DNA of 64,000 nucleotides from Penicillus capitatus (Eukaryota > Plantae > Chlorophyta), in assembly GCA_965649825.1 (NCBI GenBank), contig OZ287703.1, positions 372,001-436,000 of the forward strand, written 5' to 3'. The translations under genes and the position numbers were made by a program. Position 1 is the first letter of the stretch. Every line of letters begins with the position of its first letter. The notes beneath the pieces were generated by a model that saw only the letters and a list, made by a program, of their open reading frames with translations, was not told the origin of the DNA and searched no databases. Shown here piece after piece: positions 36,777 through 48,391 of the stretch.

Positions 36777-37730
36777 ATGGATGCCGCGCTTCGCTCAGAG
36801 GGGACTTCTTCGAATGACAATGCCGTTACGATTGGGTCCGAGACCTCGCACGAAGAGACATTCGCCTGTTTCTGCGTCGAAGGCCACATGCGTTATGTTC
36901 CGCTCAGTGACATCCAACGCTACCCGACGTCCCTTCTGGCCGATATGTGTCGTGAATGCTCGGACTGTCTCAGCGGCATTCCGGTCCACGTGAACAAAGA
37001 CGTCTCTCTTTTCGATTGGATCATTGAAGTCTACAGGTGCTATCGGATAGCATCCATGGACCGTCAAGGCTGTCGGGTGTGATGGTATAGGGGTAGACAT
37101 TATGAATGTCCATTGCCATCAGTTCCGATGGCAGAAATCGAGAGGGAATTGGATTTCTTCCGGCTGCCGTCGTTCGAGGAATTAGAATTGTATGTCCGTG
37201 CGGATTGGCATCGAAAGCGTCGCTTGGATAGCATTCAACAACTGAAGACGCAGATTCTGAAACTGCTCTCCAACAACTCCCCGTTGAAATCGTCCTTTGA
37301 GTTTCTCCTGTTCTGGAACCAAGACAAGATCTGGACGGACTGCATCAATGTAGGAGCACCCTGTCACATCACTCGACAGGAAGGGGATGATGATGTGACG
37401 TCTGTGCAGGTCGAATTGCTGTGGAATCATACGGAGCCACAATACTATAACGAAGAGGCTGCCATCCTGAACATTCTTTTCAAATCAGGATTCGTGCGTC
37501 CCTGGACTTGCACAAAGATCTTTATGTCTCGTGAGCATCTCTTCATGGAGAACAAGCCCAAGAACTGGTCGATGGGATTTCCCATACTCACTCCAGTGAC
37601 GCTCAGACAGTTCAACACCGAGTTTGAGAAGTATGGCTTTGCCATGTCGCAAGAATTCTCACACGTTTGCATCGGGAGCGATAGTTTTACAAAAGTCGTC
37701 TGCATTCCGTACATCAGAATCTCCTATTAG
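36777..37730 (+). CDS. BTB/POZ (KCTD T1-like) domain protein
   Basis: Contains FCVEGHMRYVPLSDIQRYPTSLLADM, VNKDVSLFDWIIEVYR and IERELDFFRLP. One intron. Confidence 0.8.
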
Positions 37731-37797
37731 CCGTATCCTCTCCGGTAGATACCGCGCTTGCATGCTTGATTGGATGATTGTGCATGACCGATGAAGA

Positions 37798-40249
37798 TTA
37801 TTTGCATTGAAATGCTGACCGTCGTTGCTGAACACACTGTTTAATGACTTTTTCGTACGAAGCTGCTGATCGAGACCAACTGAAATCTCGCTCCATTGCT
37901 GACTGCATCCGTCTCCATCCTTCTTTGTCATGACTAGAGACCACGACAGACATTTCTGTCCGACCACAAAGATGGCAGACGGCCGTCTACCTGAATGTAT
38001 CCAGTGCCCGATCTAAGGCTCGAATAAGGTGATCGATATCTGGTTGCCGGAAGAGAAAACCATCTCCTGTGGGATCTCCAAACGGATTGAAATCTTCGAT
38101 GGTGTCAAGGAGACCACCCGTTGCATGGGCAACAGGAATCGTGCCTAAACAACAACCGTCTGCTGCGAAGATCGGTCGGTTTCGACAGAGGACCGTAGCG
38201 AATGGCAAACTGTTGGGTCAGGCCACAAGGCTCGAAACGCGATGGTGTCAAAACGATGTCACATCCTGCCAGGATGCGATGTGACAGGGGGACAGAGAAT
38301 CCAACGAAGCCATTGAACGATCCCCTAAACCACACGATGAAGTCCATATTGATCGCATCAATGCCGAAGACTTGTGTGTTTCTTCTGCTTCTTTCATTTG
38401 CTGTTCGAATATGGCATCGCCTGTTCCTAACATAACCACTTGGCAGCGATTGGCCATCATCCAAGGAACGGCCCCCAATACAAGATCCGGTCCTTTCTGG
38501 GCATCTAGTCGTCCAATGTAACCGATTAAGGGCGTCTTTGAACTCGTCCGAAATCCAAGTTCTCGCTGGAGGCTGAGTTTGCATTTTGCTTTGCCCGATA
38601 GATCTGCATAGGAATACCTACACGAAAGCGCCCTGCATTGCCGCGATCGGTTTTCTGACAGTACCGTTCCGTGATGTAAGCGTCCGTTTCTGGATTCCAC
38701 TCCTCAGTGTCGATGCCATTGATGATGCCGTTCATCACGTTTTGTCGGCATTGAAGCAGTGGATGGAGTCCCATAGCGCCCTTGGGTGTCATCATGTCGA
38801 AAGCATGCATGCAACTCACCGTCACAATGCGATCCGCCGTTACGAGTCCTCCCTTCAGCAGATTCATCGAGATATATCCATCAGCCGCCACCCATTCCAT
38901 CATCCCATAATGCGACTCAGGGATGCCCAAGTTATGAAACATGGCTGGAGATTCGATCCCTTGATGCGCCAAGTTATGCACCGCCCTAAAATCTTGCGCA
39001 TTCCAAGAGAAGGCACAGAAGAGGAGCTCCACAAGATGCAGCCACTGGATACATAAACGCCATTTGGTCGATACTTCGCTTCCAGGTAGACTGGAATCAA
39101 CGCCGTGTGCCAATCATTGGCCAGAAACAAGACACTCTCGCCGTACAGCCGTCTCTGATTGGAGATAGGATCGTGGCACAAGATATGCAACGGCGCTTCG
39201 CAGGCGGCCATACTCAAAATGGCAAATCTGCAATGCACGCCATCGATTCCATAGAGCGTCGTGATGTCTCTCTGTGGACATGCCTGTAGGTATTGTCTTT
39301 GAATGTACCCAAGGCGTCTCCGTAAGGATTTCCGCTTCGATGAAAACAGGGATGATCCACGAACACCACATCCACATCCTTCGTTCGGACAGCATAGTAC
39401 TTTACACGTTGCAGTCCTCCGTGTCCCATATCCAACGTCACATCACACCCAGAATCCCGTGCCTCGGCGTAAAGCACATCCGTCGTGCCATTCAGATACC
39501 TGCATTTCTGCACGTCCGGCGGGCAGCGTTTGTGTGAGATGAGTGAGATGCACCTTGGTGTGATGATCATGACTCGGTGTCCTTTCTCTGCTAGTGCAAA
39601 CGGAAGAGACCCTGCCACATCTCCCAGTCCTCCTGTCTTGCTGTACGGTGCCACTTCTGCACTGACAAACACAATCTGCAGCCGCTCTTCCAGCTCCGTA
39701 TCCGCGACTGGCTTGGCACGAGGTGGTGGTGGCCCATCAGCTGGTTCCTTTGCTTTCGACGATGGCTTCGTCGACATTGAATGATAAGCTTTCAATCCGG
39801 TTGACGACATCTTGGACAGATCTGTCTGCGAAGAGAGCGCCGCTTTCTCATTCTTGGCACTGTTCTTCGATTCTCTCTTCGATCGGCGATCTGCACGAAC
39901 GAACTTGCCGAAGGGATCAGTGGTGGGAATGACGACCGTGACGTCGTGACGCTTCTTCGACTTGGGCAGCGAGTTTTGCGTTCTCTCTGCGTATGCGTTC
40001 GATTTCTCGAGTCACGATGTTGACGTCATCGGAGAGAAGGACGTAGGAATCGTCCCATGCATCTCCTTGTGAGATGACGGCGTCGTCTTCCGATGCGACG
40101 CGACGTCTTGGCGATCGCTGCCCTTGCCGTGAGGAACGAATCGACGTCCGTCGTCCAGCAGGGCACAGAAAACGCGTCGAGACGACACGATCTCGACGCA
40201 GCGACAGAACAGCGCGAGACGGAAGGAATGGAGGACGAACGATCCACAT
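37798..40249 (-). CDS. SS1: Soluble starch synthase I-like (GT5), plastid-targeted
   Basis: Contains [75 protein letters not shown] and DFSWSRSA. Arg-rich transit peptide; GC-AG intron at 39228-39283. Confidence 0.92.
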
Positions 40250-40294
40250 CTGGTCGCTTTGACGTGACGTCGACCTCTCCACCTCCTTGTCGTC

Positions 40295-40680
40295 ATGGGA
40301 CTCTGGAGTCTAGTTCAAGTCGAGGCACACGGCAACATCCCTCTCTCCAACGCCATACGTGTAGGGATGCTTAATGCTGCTCAACGGAATCTGTGTCCTG
40401 AACAATGAACGATTCTTGGAGCAGTGTATGACGACCGCTCTCTATCCGTCCTACCGAGTGCAGGTGTTCTGTGGATGCAGATGGATTTGGCTTCTCCTAT
40501 CTGCAGAGCGGTGCGAGCAGCATGGGGGTGAAGTCCAATGTCATCCACGCTATCAAATGGTTTCAAGTCATGCGAAGTGCGCCTGTCACATCACATGTTG
40601 ATCGAAGGAGATGTCTGTTTGTAGCGCCACTGATTCCGCTGAATATGATTGTCATTCTGGTGAAGCTCGTTTTCGGATAG
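40295..40680 (+). CDS. YOS1: Yos1/IER3IP1-like ER-Golgi membrane protein, 4 exons
   Basis: Spliced protein MGLWSLVQGCLMLLNGICVLNNERFLEQYGFG...VIHAIKWFQVMRTPLIPLNMIVILVKLVFG matches the Yos1 pattern. Confidence 0.85.
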
Positions 40681-40767
40681 TCTGTCCATCTATTGGTATG
40701 TCCCTTTGATTAAATGACGTCCTTGTCACATCAGCTATGCTACAGCATCATTGTCCAACGTGTGAGA

Positions 40768-42541
40768 TCACTCTTGATGGTCAGAGGCCACAGAGGGCAG
40801 AACAGAGTTGCCATCTTGTCGGCGCTTTTCATAGAATACCATATAGGCCTGAGAAGAGGCGACCTCCGATGTCTGGACACGTTTGACCAAAGAATCGTTC
40901 AGTTTGAACCACATTCCATTCTTCTGCAAATATGTCCAGTAATGCCCTCCATTCAGCGTGCCTCGATGCGAAATGACGGCGATCAAATGATACATCCATG
41001 ACCTACATACAGCGTATCCCTCTCTCGCCATAAAAGAGTGAGAAAAGTGTGACTTTGCGGAGGTCATTGAACAGATTGATGAAATATCTAAAATCGCTGG
41101 GCATTCCACATGCATCTCCAGCTTCTTTGATCGCATGGTGCGAGAATTGAAGTCAAATCGCTTTAGGTGTACAACGAGAAGTTTCGGACATTGCGTCATG
41201 GTCGTCTTCTTGACTGCCTGATCACGAACACCGTCACATCAACAGTGTATTCCCATAGCAATGCGATATCACACACGTTTCGAAAACAATCACAGTGATC
41301 ACACATCCAGAAAGGCACGATCTCCACTCTGTGAAAATCTCGTAGACAATCCTGAAGTGTTTTCTTCTGCTGTGTGGCGGCGGGCACTTGGGAGAGAGGC
41401 GGCGGATCTGTATGATTATTCCATTCCTGAGCAGAATACGCCTCATAGTTGTTGGCCGACAGCGTTTTCAGTTTCTAACAGACACGAACACACACGTCTC
41501 GCTGTTCTCCCAAATACATCTTCAACAAACCAAATGACACCTTATTGCGCAGACATCCTTTCTTCCGTTTCGGATGACTACAGGCGGCGCAGCGACCGCA
41601 TCTTCGCAAAGCCTTCTTCCTTATTCTCTGTCCTGCTAAGGAACGCCGTTCAGGCTGTTTCAACCATTCCTCCTGCTGTTGATTTCTAGAGGGCGAAGTG
41701 GTGGGTGAGGAGGCTGCCGCCTCAAGGGTCGATGTGGCATTGGATGAGCGATCGCGACCATTCAAGACACCGCCTTTCGCATTTGGTTTCTTAGGCGTCA
41801 CCGAGTGGAGTGATAGAGAATGATCGACGAACGTCTCGTCAATGCGCGATGTATAACCACACACTTCGCAGCTTAATGTCGTTTGGAGCACGCCCTTGAA
41901 TAGACTCTCTGTCAATCTCTGCCCTCCTACACCATCGCCGTAAGGCTGGATGGATGGAGGTCGTTGGCTCAGTGATGTGTGACCTGGATGGTGTGTCAAG
42001 GCTTCGATCGCGAGCAGCCAGAAATCGTGGGCATCATGCATACCACCGTCTGCGAATTCGGGCTCGATGGACCACAACGCCCGCAGCAGTGTGGGGACGG
42101 CGAGTGGTGTGTGGTTCGTTGAGGAAAATTCCTGGACGACACGTCCCTGCGCCATCTTTCATTAGCCATCCATCTCTCGATGAAGAAACGCGATACGAGT
42201 TGACAAACGAGGCACGTTTCGGCGGTGCACCGACGCGTCGTCGTCGACAAATCGTCGTTGTCGTCATCGTCGAGATAAAACTTCGCAATGGCGGGGATAT
42301 GGGCGAGGACCTGTATCAACCGTCCGTCGCTGTCCGATAGCGCACCAACCGTAGAGACATCACGCACTTGAAGGACGCAGTTGATGTAGCAGGTGCAGCC
42401 AAGGTTCACGAGACCACGCAGCGCAACTTGGCCCACAGTATCCTGTACATTCCACGGAGGCGATAAACAAAGCGCCGTTTTCGATGCTGTGAAACGCACC
42501 TCGATCGAGAGCATCGATTTTCTGGCGCCACGCGTTTCCAT
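40768..42541 (-). CDS. Ubiquitin-specific protease (C19, USP22/UBP22-like catalytic domain) with an inserted CXXC-like motif
   Basis: Cys box GLVNLGCTCYINCVLQ; HDAHDF; finger CEVC...CDHC; HLKRF; His box HRGTLNGGHY; NDSLV; AYMVFY. Confidence 0.88.
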
Positions 42542-42607
42542 GACATGCAGTTCGAGCGCGATGCGGTGGGGCAATGTAATAAGTCTTTGATGGGACAGAC
42601 GTGACCG

Positions 42608-43561
42608 TCAGCCGTTGAAGTAGACCGTTACAGCTTTGACGATGGCGTTGATGATCATAACTTCCACCTCCAAACGCGATGCATGACACAAGGGCGCAGT
42701 ACATTCGATGAGCGCACAAAGATCGACATTCCGTGGCAGATACAACATCACAAGCGTCTTCCGCGATTCCCACGAACCGACCAATGCCAACGCCTTCTCC
42801 ACGTACTGTCCCAAATCTGACCCACGACCGAGAGGCGTGTAATCTTGGTGTTGGTAATCGGGTCCACCCCAAGGAGGCGAGAGGAACACGACATCGGGTC
42901 GCATACCGCGTCCCACGTCGAAAACGTCGCCCTGGAGGAACTCGATCTTGTCCTCGACGCCGTAAACATGGGCGTTGTTGCGGGCCATGTGTAGACGAGC
43001 GCAGTCGAGATCGACGGCGATGACGCGATGTCCATGTGCGGCGAATTGAATCGCATTGCCGCCGACGCCACAGCAGGCGTCAAGAACGAGTAGTGGCGTC
43101 TGGAGGCGGCTGCATTTTTGGGCGTGGTGTTGGGCGAGACATTCAGGGGTCACGGAATACCATCCCTCTTGATCCAGTCGGATCCCTTCGTCGAATCTGG
43201 AGAAGAGACTGTAGCGCTGAAGCCAGTAACGCACGAAACGACGACCCAGTGACTTGCGCAAGGCTGCGGCTTCTTTGTTGCGTGGAGGATGCGGGGAATG
43301 ACATCTGCGTCGTTTCTTAGGCGGATTCTGTCGTTTGGAAGTGCCGAAAGAGAGAGGCAGTCCGAGTTCAGCCCGTTCCTTTAACGACGGATCTCTCGAC
43401 GCCTCTTTGTCGCTGATGCCGCTGTCCTCTTCAGACGAGAGCGCGACGACGCCGACGTCCTCAAATTCGGCGACGGTGAATTGCGAGGCGTTAAGGGAGA
43501 GGCCCTCGGGCAGTGGTCGTCCTTCCAGATAATCGATAGCACTATAACGACACGATGCCAT
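42608..43561 (-). CDS. TGS1: Trimethylguanosine synthase, intronless
   Basis: Contains YWLQRYSLFSRFDEGIRLDQEGWYSVTPE, DACCGVGGNAIQFA and FLSPPWGGPDY. Confidence 0.92.
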   Translation of the reverse strand: MASCRYSAIDYLEGRPLPEGLSLNASQFTVAEFEDVGVVALSSEEDSGISDKEASRDPSLKERAELGLPLSFGTSKRQNPPKKRRRCHSPHPPRNKEAAALRKSLGRRFVRYWLQRYSLFSRFDEGIRLDQEGWYSVTPECLAQHHAQKCSRLQTPLLVLDACCGVGGNAIQFAAHGHRVIAVDLDCARLHMARNNAHVYGVEDKIEFLQGDVFDVGRGMRPDVVFLSPPWGGPDYQHQDYTPLGRGSDLGQYVEKALALVGSWESRKTLVMLYLPRNVDLCALIECTAPLCHASRLEVEVMIINAIVKAVTVYFNG

Positions 43562-43573
43562 TCTGCACGTGAA

Positions 43574-44801
43574 ATGATCCACACGACGCGTCCCTTGACG
43601 CAGCTGCGGCCTGTCATTCGACGGCCAGCGATCCGACATTCCCGCTGTGTTGGCATGACGATGCAACGTGGTAGGGAGAGACCAGAGAGGACGATGGAGT
43701 GATCCGTGTGTGGTGCTAGCGAAGCGAAACGATGAGCTATGGGCATTGGACTTTGATGGAGTCGTTTGCGATTCCTGTGGGGAAAGCAGTCTCTCGGCAT
43801 GGAAAGTCCGGCATTGGTCAAACGTTGGCTGGTATTCGTGAGATCGTGCGTGGAATAGGCGGCTGCTCGCGTCTGGCCAGAGCTGATGGCAACGGATCAG
43901 GCATCGAAACAAAAAACCGCAATTCTGGACAAGATGCGTATCGTTCGGCCCGTTGTCGAAACGGGGTCAGCCATAGGCCTTCACTCTCTGAGCGTTGGCC
44001 GCTTTTGGTGATAGATACGAGAACATCGTGCAGATTCGTTGTCTCCTCGAAGGAATGGACACGGAGGAGATGCTTCTCCACTGGAATACGATCTTGCCAG
44101 AGCGTATGGAGGAATGGAATCTGCGTCGATCTGAGGTGACGTTTCCTCAAGGCAGCCAGCCATCAACCATCCCCCACAACTATCGCTGTGCATAGCTCGT
44201 TGAGTTATTCGGCGCGACACGCGATGCCTGGATGGCAAGGGATCTGGCATCATGGCTTGCACCCAATGAAATTTTCGACGGCCTTCCTGAGGCATTGCCT
44301 CATCTGATCGAACGTTCCACTGTCTATATCGTCACGACGAAACAGGTGTGGGATTGAACTTGAGGAGACGTGGCCGAGTCCCATGGTTTCTAGGCGCGCT
44401 TTACTCATGTTTTGTTGAGAGACAAGGCCAAGATCGATTTCCCGCTGGATCGCATTCTGTCGACAACGGTCTCGGGGCAACCCAAAACTGAAATTCTCCA
44501 GCAGCTTCAGCGAGAGCACGGCGATCGGCGTTACTTCTTTATCGAAGATAAACTCTCGACCCTTGATAAGGCAAGCAGCCATCGAACGCACAAACATCTG
44601 TGAAGTGACGTCTATCGGAATTAGGTTTGCGCAGATGACAGCCTGCATGACTGGACGCTGTATTTGGCCGATTGGGGATACAACACCGCAAAGGAACGCG
44701 CTCGCGCATCCGAGAATGCAAGGATCGAAATCATCAACCTCAGTCGTTTTGTTTGGCTACTCGAAAACGGTGTCGTGCCGAAGACAACGCGGGGCGTGTG
44801 A
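43574..44801 (+). CDS. HAD-like hydrolase (conserved plant/algal/cyanobacterial type), probably plastid-targeted
   Basis: Contains ALDFDGVVCDS, RPVVETG|YE, YIVTTKQ|ARF, GQPK, FIEDKLSTL and LADWGYNT. Seven exons; GC-AG intron at 44571-44624. Confidence 0.85.
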
Positions 44802-44852
44802 GATGAGCGCCAACGTGACAAGTGACGTGACCGTTCGCCAGACATTGCGTCT

Positions 44853-46816
44853 ATGGATTTCCACATACCGTGTCTCTTCCACTGCGCCCTGTGCGGCGAA
44901 GATAAGCCGATTGATGACGCTGAGCCGCTGGACAACTGTACCTGTCTGTTCTGCCATCGTTGTTTAACGGTTTATCTCGCACAGCAACTCGAGAACAAGC
45001 GGCATCTCCTGGAGAGACAGTCGTTCGAAGAGCATTTCGAAGTGCAACGCACAGGGACGTATGTCGACGACGAAGGACTGATACGCCCAGCGACGGTGGA
45101 GGACGTCGCATTCGGAAACGACTGGGAGGACTCGAGCGTTACGCTCACGCTTGAGGATGGCGGGGAAGTGACGTCTACTTACTGGCGCGTCGCTTTTGCG
45201 GATGAGAAATCGGCGACGATGTCTATGGGAGGGTATGCATGGGTCGAATGTCCAGGAGAAGGTTGCTATGGCATCATCAGCAAGAGCGAGTCGCGGACCC
45301 TCTGCCCCGATGCCTTCGATCAGTTTCTGGAAGCGGAGACGATAGCACATGCCCGTCTGAGTGGCTGCATTCGGTGTCCTTATGAGGATTGCCGTTGCCT
45401 GATCGAACGCCTTGATACAGGAGAGAGATCGGGAAAGCTGATAGGGTCCGATCATGGAGAGCACTACCGTTTTCGATGTGCTGGCTGTCAGCGTGATTTC
45501 TGCGGCGTGTGTTTTGCAAAGCCCTATCATACGGGATTCAATTGTCTGCAGTTTCGAATGCCCAACTGCCGTTACTGCGAACAGAGACTCGATCCTGTCG
45601 AGAGAAGAAGCCTCGAGCGCAAAAAACCGCGGGATCTGACAATTCAACAACTCAAGAGACTCGCCAGACATGCAGCAGTGGACAGCTCCTGGTGTCTGGA
45701 GAAGAGTGATTTTGTTTTCGTGGCCGAGCGCATACGATCTGTCTGCAACAAACCAGAATGTCGGGGATTCTTAAAGAAATCCTGCACCAAGAAGCTGCCT
45801 TGCGGACACGGATGCTGCGGCGTTGGACCGGATGCCAATGATCCCAATATCGTACACAGATGTCTTCCATGCTTTGAACCGGATTGCCCACATTCCAGTT
45901 CCGAGTTCGATGGCTGTCAGATCTGTTGGGAATCGTTTGCTACGCGTCCCTGCATCGAGCTCTCCTGCAAACATCTCATCCATCTAGGTAGGATGGTACT
46001 GTGCAGGAGTGAACGGATAGCTGAAGGAAGTGCATTGCAGAGTGTGCACGGGAGCGGTTGATGCAAGGATATCCTGGTCCTTCCATTAGTTTCAACCATC
46101 TCTACTGTTCCATGTGCGGAACAGCTGGAAGAGAGAACCCTGCCGTGCAGATTGCAACATCTGATTGTTCGTTTGATCATCCACTTCTGAAGAAAGAGAT
46201 CCAACCCGTGCTCCAATTGAGGGAACGTGTCGTAAAGCTTGCAATGGCACGTCTCAAAGCCTCTGACGATATTAAAGATGAAGTCTGGTCCTTTAGAGAT
46301 CAATCGAATACATGTGGACCAGTGCTGCTGGTGTTTAGGCATTGCAGCCAGGAGGCGAATTTCATGGACGCCCTGCAGACTACGCCTTGAAGAAGTACAT
46401 GTTCTACCTGTGCTCCAAATGCAAGAAGCCCTATTTTGGTGGACTACGTGACTGTCAAGCCGCCGCAAACAACGCCGCAGAGTTCAATCCAGAAGACCTC
46501 ATCTGTGGAAGCTGCTGTGCCGTTGCTGCCGGACAGAACTGTCCACGTCATGGAACGACCTTCATTGAATGGAAATGCCGGTAGTACATTGAAACCATAT
46601 GTGTCTGCGAGCCTTGTCTCCTGGTTCAGGTATTGCTGCGACGTGGCCTGTTGGTTTTGTTGGGGGACAACGCATTTCTGTGATCCCTGTCACCGTCATC
46701 TGACACAGCAGATCAAGCCTTGTCGAGGAGAGCAGTGTCCCCTCAAAGTGGAACACCCCAAGCCAGGAACGGAGTTCTGTCTGGGTTGTGCTCTCTGTCG
46801 TCATCGTTACGAATAG
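44853..46816 (+). CDS. E3 ubiquitin ligase: RING1-IBR fused to a MYCBP2/Highwire-type RING plus tandem-cysteine (RCR) module
   Basis: RING-like CALC..CTCLFCHRC..CPGEGC; IBR CPYEDC..CAGCQRDFCGVCFAKPYHTGFNC; MYCBP2-like VCNKPEC..CTKKLPCGHGCCGV..CLPC; RING CQIC..CKHLIHL..C..CSMC; TC module YFGGLRDC..ICGSC..CPRHG..EWKCRYCC..WFCWGTTHFCDPCH..CPL..HP..EFCLGCALC. Confidence 0.85.
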
Positions 46817-46944
46817 ACAGGAGACACCTTCGACACCGTCTTTGCCGGAGATGTTTGTGAGCTACAAGAACTGAGTGTGGTTTCGTGGATCTATGTGAGT
46901 CGTGGGTCAGTCGTCATGGGAAGTCATTCGGTACATGTTAAACG

Positions 46945-48291
46945 ATGTTGATGCTACATATGCGTATGTCGTCTTCGAATACAACGGCGCTCGTTCCGTG
47001 CAGCGGCCGTCCGTTACGAAGGATCTGTACTCAGCGAGGTGATCTCGGCCGAAAGCGTATCTGTAGAAAAGAGATGGTGACGCCCGGAACGCGTTGGTCT
47101 GTTGCGGCGGTACCTCTCACCTCCTCGGCACGCGTTTCAAGTAAACAGAACTTCGGAGTGCATGTGCGTGTACCTCTCCTGTGGGAGTGACTAGTCTCTG
47201 ATCGGATGAGAAAACTCAAAACGATGCAAAAGTATGTGTGTGCTGTTCATGACATGCATTGAGGGATTTGAGAATCTCCTGAAGGACGGCGTTTCTTCCG
47301 TTTATCTGCGCCGGAGATCCAGATTTGAAAACAACGGCAGAGGCTCTGCGTTACTTGAGTGAAATATCAACTGTCATTGAACTGGGCGTACCCTATACGG
47401 TGATCAATCACACACGATGCTGCTGCACTTTCCTCGATCTCCCCTTATTTATGTAAAGGATCCTTTGGCAGATGGTCCTGTCATTCACGGTGCCGCTACA
47501 CGTGCCCTAGAACAAGGTCGCATTCATCTCCAAACGTCTTTTCACGGTCACAGAAGAATGATGTGACAGGCACGACACTGAACAAAGTACTGGACATGCT
47601 CTCGACGGTTACACCTGAACTCACGTGTCCAGTACTTCTGTTTACATACTTCAATCCCATCCGTGCACGGGGTCTCGATGTCTTCTGTCGTCGGATCCGA
47701 GAAGCAGGCGTTTCGGGTAGATCTATGGATTTCGCTGTTTTGTGCGAAGGGTCATGCATGATAAGGTTTGCTCGTTCCGGATCTGCCACTGGAGTTGACG
47801 CATGAGATACGGGAGGCCTGTGGGAAGGAAGGCATCGAATTGACGTTGCTTGTGACGCCGACCACACCCAAGGAACGCATGAGAGAGATCGCCAAGTACA
47901 CTCAAGGATTTGTGTATCTCATCAGCGTCACGGGTGTCACCGGAATACGTGCAGAGCTTAATCAGAAACTGCAAACTCTGATCGAGATGCTTCATGACAC
48001 AACAGAGAAATCGGTGACCACTGCCGTCGATGGATACACCGTCCGTGCAGATCTGTCGGTGCCGATGGCTGGCTGTAGGTTTCTGTGGGTTTTGGTGTTT
48101 CGACGGCCGAGCATGCAAAACAGCTACGAGAATGGGGCGCCGATGGCGTCGTGGTTGGCTCTGCTTTAGTCAAGGCACTTCACGTGCGTCCCTCTCCTAC
48201 CCCCTTCTCAATTTTCTCACCATTTCTGCAGGAAGGCGGCATTCCCAAAATGAAAACGGTGGCTCAGTCGATTCAGAGCGGAATTGCTTAA
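46945..48291 (+). CDS. TSA1: Tryptophan synthase alpha chain, plastid-targeted
   Basis: Contains [19 protein letters not shown]|[43 protein letters not shown] and [12 protein letters not shown]. Confidence 0.93.
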
Positions 48292-48391
48292 GAACTACCT
48301 AACTTTGTTAGTGAGTACAGCATCGATTGCAGTGTCTTCCAAACAAAAAGGCCATCTCGAATCCACGCAAACAGATCCAGTCCAAAACGTC

